This document shows positions 7,420 through 13,075 of a stretch of DNA of 13,075 bases, one piece after another. Origin of the DNA: Candidatus Desantisbacteria bacterium (lineage in GTDB: Bacteria; JACRDZ01). The stretch spans positions 1-13,075 of the forward strand of contig JACQWU010000157.1 of NCBI GenBank assembly GCA_016209155.1, in the 5' to 3' direction. Positions within the stretch are counted from its first letter, which is position 1. Each line of letters opens with the position of its first letter. The translations under genes were made by a program, and so were the position numbers. The notes under the pieces are model-generated. The model was not told where the DNA came from. It saw only the letters and a program-made list of their open reading frames with translations, and did not search any database.

Positions 7420-7448
7420 TTGCCAATGAAGCGATAATAATATATAAT
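7420..7448 (+). promoter_or_regulatory. Candidate sigma70 promoter for fic: TTGCCA (7420-7425), 17 nt, TATAAT (7443-7448)
   Basis: Hexamers read directly. About 40 nt upstream of the likely fic start ATG 7490 (RBS AGGGTG at 7475-7480). Confidence 0.4.
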
Positions 7449-7489
7449 TGCATCAATATTTGAAGCGATTAAATAGGGTGAAAAATATT

Positions 7490-8443
7490 ATGACAAAATA
7501 TATATGGCAGAAAAAGGATTGGTATGATTTTAATTATGATCATAAAGCATTGATTGAATTACTTGCAAAAGCACGTCTTATGCAGGGAAATATGCTCGGG
7601 AAAATGTCATTGCTTGATATAAACCAGGAGATAGAAGCTCAGGCTGAAGTTCTTATTGAGGAAGCAGTAAGAACAGCAGAGATAGAAGGTATGTCATTAA
7701 ACAGAGATGCAGTAAGATCATCGGTAGCTATGCGTTTAGGGCTTCCGCATGGGGTAAACATAAAAGATAGAAATGCGGATGGACTTGTTGAGGTTTTGCT
7801 TGATGCAATACATTTTAATGAAAAACCACTTACGCAGGAAAGATTAAACGCCTGGCAGGCAGCGCTTTTCCCGACAGGATATTCAGGTCTAAAGAAAATA
7901 CGTACCGGAGAATTGCGGGGTCATGATCCAATGCGTGTAATATCAGGACCTATAGGTAAAGAAAAAATGCATTTTGAAGCACCGCCTGCGCAGCAGATTA
8001 AAAAAGAATTAAGCCATTTTATAAATTGGTGGAATGATTCATCGGATAAAATGGACGGTATGTTACGGGCTGCTGCCGCGCATCTGCGATTTATAACAAT
8101 ACACCCTTATGAGGATGGAAATGGAAGAATAGCGCGCGCACTGACAGATATGGCTCTTTCACAGGATTAAAAAATAAAAGTAAGATTTTATAGTGTTTCT
8201 TCACAAATCATGAAAAATCGGGAGGATTATTACAATATTCTTGAAAATATCCAGAACTGTCGTCTTGATGTCACTGAATGGTTTGTATGGTTTATAAAAT
8301 GTGTTATATCCGCGATAGAACATTCGCAAAATATTATTGCAAATGTGTTCAAAAAAGCTGAATTCTGGAAAAAACATGCACAAACACAATTAAATGAAAG
8401 ACAGAGAAAAGTGATAGCTAAACTTCTTGAAGCAGGTCCCTAA
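7490..8443 (+). pseudogene. fic: Fic/DOC family protein (N-terminal DUF4172-like region + Fic domain) containing an in-frame TAA at 8168-8170. The track splits it into 7448..8170 and 8210..8443.
   Basis: Fic active-site motif HPYEDGNGRIARAL. N-terminus MTKYIWQKKDWYDF. Both pieces share one frame and are separated only by the TAA (...ALSQD*KIKVRFYSVSSQIMKNREDYY...). The C-terminal piece has the usual winged-helix tail (NERQRKVIAKLLE). Confidence 0.6.
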
Positions 8444-8471
8444 AGCAAAATCAACTTCTTTGCTGTCTTTT
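8444..8471 (+). terminator. Candidate rho-independent terminator after fic: AGCAAA-(9 nt)-TTTGCT followed by GTCTTTTGTG
   Basis: 6-bp stem, T-rich tail, directly after the TAA at 8441-8443. The stem is AT-rich, so this is a weak call. Confidence 0.35.
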
Positions 8472-8541
8472 GTGCGCATATAGTGTAAGGATATATTCAT
8501 CCCTTTAGCATCATGCAAATATTGGATATGTTTAAGCAGGC

Positions 8542-8859
8542 TTACTGCAACAGTAAGGGCGAACCTACTCGTTTACGAAGCATTTCCAGTAAAAGACGGA
8601 TTGCCCTGATTTCACTTATACGACTAAAATCCATTACATCTTTACGCACAATATCCGTATAATATTGCTGGCGCCAGCGCTCGGCATACTCATCAGATAA
8701 GGAAAGAAATGGTTCAGGAAAACCGCCTAATCTATTTAATGCAGAAACTGCTTCGTAAGGTGGCAAGAGACCGGATAATTCCTTTACCGAAAGCGGATTT
8801 AAATGGAAAAGAAAATATCTGCCTGCAAGGGAATCTCCTGTTTGCCGAAAAGTATCCAA
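8542..8859 (-). pseudogene. Internal fragment of an AAA+ ATPase of the COG1373/DUF4143 type (gene remnant)
   Basis: 105-aa ORF with ...TGDSLAGRYFLFHLNPLSVKEL..., the conserved GR...L.PLSFxE segment of this family. It lacks the N-terminal P-loop and the C-terminal DUF4143, and is bounded by an in-frame stop immediately upstream of its TTG. Confidence 0.5.
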
Positions 8860-8876
8860 TTATTGCAAAATAGTCA

Positions 8877-8906
8877 AGACTAAAATGCATTTTGATGCAT
8901 TTTAGT
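8877..8906. repeat. Perfect 13-bp inverted repeat GACTAAAATGCAT-tttg-ATGCATTTTAGTC
   Basis: Read directly. It lies between the stop of the minus-strand 61-aa ORF (8902) and the ATPase remnant. It could be a transcription terminator for the minus-strand thrC-SPFH-lipoprotein operon, or a protein-binding palindrome. Confidence 0.5.
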
Positions 8907-9087
8907 CGTATTTTCTAAATTTAATTATTTCTTTTTCTCCTAAAAATTTAGGTTGTCTTTTAATTACATATAAATCAATTACAGTTTTAAACCTGGCAAA
9001 TATTTCTCTCAATCTAACTTTAGTTCCATAAATGTTTTTAACATCATCAGCACAATATCCGATTGCATCTTTCGATTTCCTCAGCAT
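8902..9087 (-). CDS. Hypothetical 61-aa ORF overlapping the lipoprotein ORF in the +1 frame. Possibly the C-terminal part of the same lipoprotein.
   Basis: MLRKSKDAIGYCADDVKNIYGTKVRLREIFARFKTVIDLYVIKRQPKFLGEKEIIKFRKYD. No recognised family. Overlaps 9047..9087. Confidence 0.3.
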   Translation of the reverse strand: MLRKSKDAIGYCADDVKNIYGTKVRLREIFARFKTVIDLYVIKRQPKFLGEKEIIKFRKYD

Positions 9088-9164
9088 TAAAGGACACTGA
9101 GGAGGAACAAGCAGAAAGAAAAATAGAAATAATTATGACTAATTTAAATTTTTTAAATTTCATA
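9047..9164 (-). CDS. Small lipoprotein N-terminal part (signal peptide with lipobox LSAC): MKFKKFKLVIIISIFLSACSSSVSFNAEEIERCNRILC
   Basis: ATG at 9164-9162, 16 nt downstream of the SPFH stop. Positively charged N-terminus, hydrophobic core and L-S-A-C lipobox. Ends after 38 aa. A +1-frame ORF (8902..9087) continues, so this is probably one frameshifted gene. Confidence 0.35.
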
Positions 9165-9179
9165 TTTGATTTATTAATG

Positions 9180-9947
9180 TTATGTATTAGTGATTTTTTT
9201 GCCTTCAACCTGCAAACTTTTAATAGTTTGAGCAAATTCTGTTGGTACTAAAATGATAAGACTATTCTGTTCAGAGCCAATCTCCTGCCAGGTCTGGAGC
9301 TGTCTTAAAATTAAAGCATTGGGGGATTCAGAGATAATTTTGGCAGCTTCTGTAAGCTTTTTGCTCGCCTCTTCTTCGGCAGACGCTTTGACAATTCGCG
9401 CTCTTTTTTCACGCATGGCTTCAGCCTCTTTTGCCATAGCGCGCTTCATATTGTCAGGTATTTCTATATTTTTAATTTCAACACTAATTATATTAATACC
9501 CCAGACATCCGTCGGGGACTGCAAAGCATCTAACACTTCTTTGCCAATTTGGTCTTTATTTGATAATAGGGTATCCAGATCATATTTTCCTAAAACATCT
9601 CTTAGTTTTGACTGCGCAAGTAAAGTGGAAGCCAGATTAAAATTATCAACTGCAATAATTGATTTTGCGGCATCGAATATTTTGTAATAAACAACTGCAT
9701 CTATTTTTATAGGGACAGAATCTTTAGTCATAATTTCCTGCGGAACAACGTCCATGGTTCGGACGCGCATATCAACAAGTTTTACATACTCAATTCCAGG
9801 GATGATTACATTAAAACCCGGATTAATTTCTCTATTCAACTTACCAAGACGGAAAACCACACCTTTTTGCCACTGGTCAACAATTCGAATACCCATAATT
9901 ACAATTATTACTGTAACTATAATTAATAAAATTAGTAAGCCTGACAT
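9180..9947 (-). CDS. SPFH/band-7 (stomatin/prohibitin-like) membrane protein
   Basis: N-terminal TM helix LLILLIIVTVIIVIMGI. Then VVFRLGK...PGIEYVKLVDMRV...IDAVVYYKI... typical of the SPFH domain, and a C-terminal coiled-coil rich in E/A/K. AAGGAG lies 6 nt before the ATG at 9947. Confidence 0.9.
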   Translation of the reverse strand: MSGLLILLIIVTVIIVIMGIRIVDQWQKGVVFRLGKLNREINPGFNVIIPGIEYVKLVDMRVRTMDVVPQEIMTKDSVPIKIDAVVYYKIFDAAKSIIAVDNFNLASTLLAQSKLRDVLGKYDLDTLLSNKDQIGKEVLDALQSPTDVWGINIISVEIKNIEIPDNMKRAMAKEAEAMREKRARIVKASAEEEASKKLTEAAKIISESPNALILRQLQTWQEIGSEQNSLIILVPTEFAQTIKSLQVEGKKITNT

Positions 9948-9964
9948 AATTATCTCCTTTTTTA

Positions 9965-11311
9965 TTATTTATCGTCAATTGCCCTGTTTATAGCATCGAG
10001 AACTGCATCATATTTGGCAGGCAGTGCAATTGGCAGATTGGCATGATGGGGAGTAACATTTTTAATCCTGTTTTCGTGGTATTTAAGCTTAAATTCTGTA
10101 AATTTGAGCCCATGCGCTGTTGAAATAACAATCACACGCTCATGAGATTTTATTACATCCTTTTTTACAAGCTTAAATAATACAGCAAGAGCTACTCCGG
10201 TATGAGGGCAGTTATATAGCCCTGTCTTATCTCCGTGAGCTGATGCATTTGCAAGTTCATCTTCAGTTGCCTGCTCCACTATACCGTTAAACTCTTTAAG
10301 CACTTTTATCGCTTTATTTATGCTCACCGGATTGCCAATTTGAATTGCGCTTGCCAGCGTTTTTTTTGCGCGCACCGGTTTTGTATCCTTAAAGCCGGTT
10401 AGATAGCTTTTATACAGAGGATTGGCATTTGCAGCTTGCGCACAGATAATTCTCGGGCGCTTACTGATTATGCCCAGTGCTTCCATTTCAAGGAAACCTT
10501 TCCCCAGAGCTGCAACATTTCCAAGATTTCCTCCGGGGATAATAATTGTGTCGGGGACTTCCCATTCAAACTGCTGGACAATTTCATAACTTACAGTTTT
10601 TTGACCTTCGATTCTAAGTGAATTCATTGAGTTGGCAAGATAAATATTATTTTTAGCGCAGATTTCCTGTACGATTTTCATGCATCCGTCAAAATCCGTA
10701 TCAAGTGAAAGTGTCAGCGCACCGCTTGCAAGCGGTTGAATAAGCTGAGCATTCGAAACTTTATTTCTCGGCAGAAATACTATTGCCTGCATAGATCCGA
10801 TTGCGCAATACGCGGCAAGTGAAGCTGAGGTATCTCCTGTTGATGCGCATGCAACAGCAGGAATATGCTTTCCTTCCGACTGCATCTGTTTTACCATGGA
10901 AACGAGCACTGTCATACCAAGGTCTTTAAATGATCCTGTATGACTGTTCCCGCATTGTTTTATCCATAAATCATTTACCCCGATTTCTTTCCCGAGCCGT
11001 TCAGCCCAGAATAAATTACTGCCGCCTTCATATGTAGATACTATATTTTCGTTAGCAATATTCGGGCATACAATTTCCTTTTTCCCCCATACTCCGCTGC
11101 CATACGGCCAGTCTGTTCGTTTGTAGCGGTCATCAAAAATGTGTTTCCATTCTTCTTTTGAATGCGCTTTTTTTAATTTTTCTATATCATGACAAACTTC
11201 AAGCAACCCTCCGCAGTTCGGACAGCGATATATAATTTCATTCAGCGCATATTTCCCGGAACATCCGCCTGCGCATTGGAACCATGCATTAAAGGTTTCT
11301 TTTTTTTCCAT
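9965..11311 (-). CDS. thrC: Threonine synthase (PLP-dependent, with N-terminal zinc-ribbon)
   Basis: CxxC...CPNCGG zinc ribbon. [11 protein letters not shown] with the PLP lysine. [13 protein letters not shown]. GNxGN glycine loop. The ATG at 11311 follows GGAGGtaaaa, whereas the track's 11323 is an upstream TTG. Stop at 9965-9967, 17 nt before the SPFH start. Confidence 0.9.
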   Translation of the reverse strand: MEKKETFNAWFQCAGGCSGKYALNEIIYRCPNCGGLLEVCHDIEKLKKAHSKEEWKHIFDDRYKRTDWPYGSGVWGKKEIVCPNIANENIVSTYEGGSNLFWAERLGKEIGVNDLWIKQCGNSHTGSFKDLGMTVLVSMVKQMQSEGKHIPAVACASTGDTSASLAAYCAIGSMQAIVFLPRNKVSNAQLIQPLASGALTLSLDTDFDGCMKIVQEICAKNNIYLANSMNSLRIEGQKTVSYEIVQQFEWEVPDTIIIPGGNLGNVAALGKGFLEMEALGIISKRPRIICAQAANANPLYKSYLTGFKDTKPVRAKKTLASAIQIGNPVSINKAIKVLKEFNGIVEQATEDELANASAHGDKTGLYNCPHTGVALAVLFKLVKKDVIKSHERVIVISTAHGLKFTEFKLKYHENRIKNVTPHHANLPIALPAKYDAVLDAINRAIDDK

Positions 11312-11407
11312 TTTTACCTCCAATATATTTATTTGAATACTATATTATAAAAGTATATTATATGTCAATAACTGATGTCAGTAATCTGAAATTTCTGTTC
11401 GGGTTAA

Positions 11408-11436
11408 TTGACATAATTTCATTTTTCTCTTATTAT
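11408..11436 (+). promoter_or_regulatory. Candidate sigma70 promoter for glgP: TTGACA (11408-11413), 17 nt, TATTAT (11431-11436)
   Basis: Read directly in the divergent thrC/glgP intergenic region. SD AAGGAGG at 11464-11470, ATG 11476. Confidence 0.45.
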
Positions 11437-11475
11437 ATATGCTATATATGCCATATATATAACAAGGAGGACTTT

Positions 11476-13075
11476 ATGAAAAATTTGCATGTTTTTACCG
11501 TAGTCCCCAATTTACCTAAAAAAATTCAGCGTTTATCTGAACTTTTTTACAATCTCTACTGGAACTGGGATCACGAAGCGCTTGAACTTTTTATCCGTAT
11601 TGAACATGAACTGTGGGATAAGGTAAATCATAATCCGATGGTGCTGCTTGGTAAAATAAACCAGAAAAGATTGGAAGAACTTTCAGAAGACGAAGGTTTT
11701 GTAACCCACCTGGAAAGAATACTCACTAAATTCTATTATTACCGCCGTGAAAAAACATGGTTTGATATTGTACATGGAGGACAGTATCAAAATCTGGTTA
11801 TTGCATATTTTTCAGCGGAATTCGGCCTTGCGGAATCTCTTCCTATTTATTCAGGCGGATTAGGGATACTTGCCGGTGATCATTTGAAATCTGCCAGCGA
11901 TCTTGGTGTCCCGATAGTCGGCATGGGACTTTTATATCAGCAGGGATACTTCAGGCAGTATTTGAATATTGACGGCTGGCAGCAGGAAAGTTATCCCAAA
12001 AATGATTTTTATAATATGTGTATAGAATCGGTAAAAACTGAAGATAATAAGCCTCTTACAATCAGTGTTGATTTTCCCGGCAGGCAGGTAAAAGCTGCGA
12101 TATGGAATGTACAGGTAGGCAGAATTCATCTATATTTACTGGACACAAATATCCTCGAAAATTCTCTTGAAGACAGAAAGATAACAGATCAGCTATATGG
12201 CGGTGATCTTGAGATGAGAATAAAACAGGAAATATTACTGGGAATCGGCGGCGTAAGAGCTCTTCGCGCTCTAAAAATAAATCCAACTATATTTCATTTA
12301 AACGAAGGGCATTCTGCTTTTTTATCGGTTGAACGGATCCGTTTACTTATGGAAGAAAACAACCTATCTTTTGATGAAGCTTATAAAGCATGCAAAGCCA
12401 GCAATATTTTTACAACTCATACTTCGGTTCCTGCGGGGATTGATATTTTTCCGCCATTTTTAATAGAAAAATATTTTAATGGATTTTATCAAAAAATGGC
12501 TATTGATTTTGATACATTTATGGGTCTTGGCAGAATGAATGTTCCGAATAATGGGGAACCATTCAATATGGCAATATTAGCTATAAAAACAACAGTATTC
12601 AGAAATGGCGTAAGCAAGCTTCATGGAATAGTTTCACGTAAAATGTGGAAAGGTTTATGGCCGGAATTGAATGAGGAAGAAATCCCGATTAAATCCATCA
12701 CCAACGGAGTCCATGTACGTTCCTGGATATCCCATGAAATGGAAAATCTGCTTACAAGATATTTGGGTCCTTCATGGATAAATAATCCTGCTGATCAGAG
12801 CGTATGGAATAATATTTCAAAGATTCCAAGTTCCGAACTCTGGCGGGTACATGAAAGACGACGGGAATTGCTTGTTGTGTATGTCCGGGAAAAATTGCAG
12901 AATCAGATACGCGAAAGAGGAGGCTCGATGTCTGAAATTATTCAGTCTGAACAGGTACTCAATCCTGAAGCATTTACTATCGGCTTCGCAAGAATATTTG
13001 CTTCTTATAAACGCGCTACTTTAATATTTAATGATCCAGACAGACTTGAAAAAATTCTTAATAATAAAGAAAGAC
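11476..13075 (+). CDS. glgP: Alpha-glucan (glycogen/maltodextrin) phosphorylase, GT35 alpha-glucan family phosphorylase subgroup. 5'-partial: the ORF runs off the window end.
   Basis: Translated by hand: open from ATG 11476 to 13075 (533 codons). Motifs GILAGDHLKSASDLGVP, HLNEGHSAF, TTHTSVPAGID and SITNGVH are typical of the archaeal/Thermotoga-type alpha-glucan phosphorylases. Not in the ORF track because there is no stop within the window. Confidence 0.88.
   Translation, partial: MKNLHVFTVVPNLPKKIQRLSELFYNLYWNWDHEALELFIRIEHELWDKVNHNPMVLLGKINQKRLEELSEDEGFVTHLERILTKFYYYRREKTWFDIVHGGQYQNLVIAYFSAEFGLAESLPIYSGGLGILAGDHLKSASDLGVPIVGMGLLYQQGYFRQYLNIDGWQQESYPKNDFYNMCIESVKTEDNKPLTISVDFPGRQVKAAIWNVQVGRIHLYLLDTNILENSLEDRKITDQLYGGDLEMRIKQEILLGIGGVRALRALKINPTIFHLNEGHSAFLSVERIRLLMEENNLSFDEAYKACKASNIFTTHTSVPAGIDIFPPFLIEKYFNGFYQKMAIDFDTFMGLGRMNVPNNGEPFNMAILAIKTTVFRNGVSKLHGIVSRKMWKGLWPELNEEEIPIKSITNGVHVRSWISHEMENLLTRYLGPSWINNPADQSVWNNISKIPSSELWRVHERRRELLVVYVREKLQNQIRERGGSMSEIIQSEQVLNPEAFTIGFARIFASYKRATLIFNDPDRLEKILNNKER

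Noticed and set aside
7448-7489. Track start of the Fic ORF at 7448 (TTG)
   Set aside because: The first 14 codons overlap the predicted -10 box and lack an RBS. ATG 7490 with an upstream AGGGTG fits the conserved N-terminus (MTKYIWQKKDW).
5613-8170. Alternative genetic code (stop-codon reassignment) as an explanation for the in-frame TAG (KAP gene) and TAA (fic)
   Set aside because: TAA and TAG are used as genuine terminators by avd, RT, both targets and fic within the same window. The KAP interruption also needs a frame change, not only read-through.
9063-9993. Plus-strand ORFs 9063..9251, 9253..9687 and 9754..9993
   Set aside because: Antisense to the SPFH gene and the lipoprotein region. 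The SPFH reading on the minus strand has clear family motifs.
10436-12286. ORFs 10436..10621 (+), 11932..12129 (-) and 12062..12286 (-)
   Set aside because: Antisense or out of frame relative to thrC and the alpha-glucan phosphorylase, both of which have strong motif support.

Overview
AT-rich bacterial window, about one third GC, with AGGAGG-type ribosome-binding sites. The left two thirds (about 1-8.9 kb) is an accessory block dominated by a complete diversity-generating retroelement (DGR). It comprises a 1163-aa target protein (protein-kinase-like domain, NACHT STAND NTPase, C-terminal FGE-sulfatase/C-type-lectin-fold domain carrying VR1), then avd, then a DGR-type reverse transcriptase whose 3' end contains the 111-bp template repeat (TR). 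A second target follows (KAP-family P-loop NTPase with a paralogous FGE/CLec C-terminus carrying VR2). Both variable repeats differ from TR only at TR adenines (9 and 14 positions), and the variable codons in TR are AAC/AAT, which is the DGR signature. Each VR is followed by a conserved extension of about 75 bp with a GC hairpin. The second target is interrupted by a stop/frameshift just after its Walker A motif. Downstream lie a Fic/DOC gene with an in-frame TAA, a remnant of a COG1373-type AAA+ ATPase, and a perfect 13-bp inverted repeat. The right third is housekeeping: a minus-strand run of threonine synthase, an SPFH/band-7 protein and a small, possibly frameshifted lipoprotein, then a plus-strand alpha-glucan phosphorylase running off the window. 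No rRNA, tRNA or CRISPR array was seen. The main interest is a hypermutation system that diversifies the ligand-binding tips of two NLR-like STAND NTPases, sitting in a decaying defence-island-like context.
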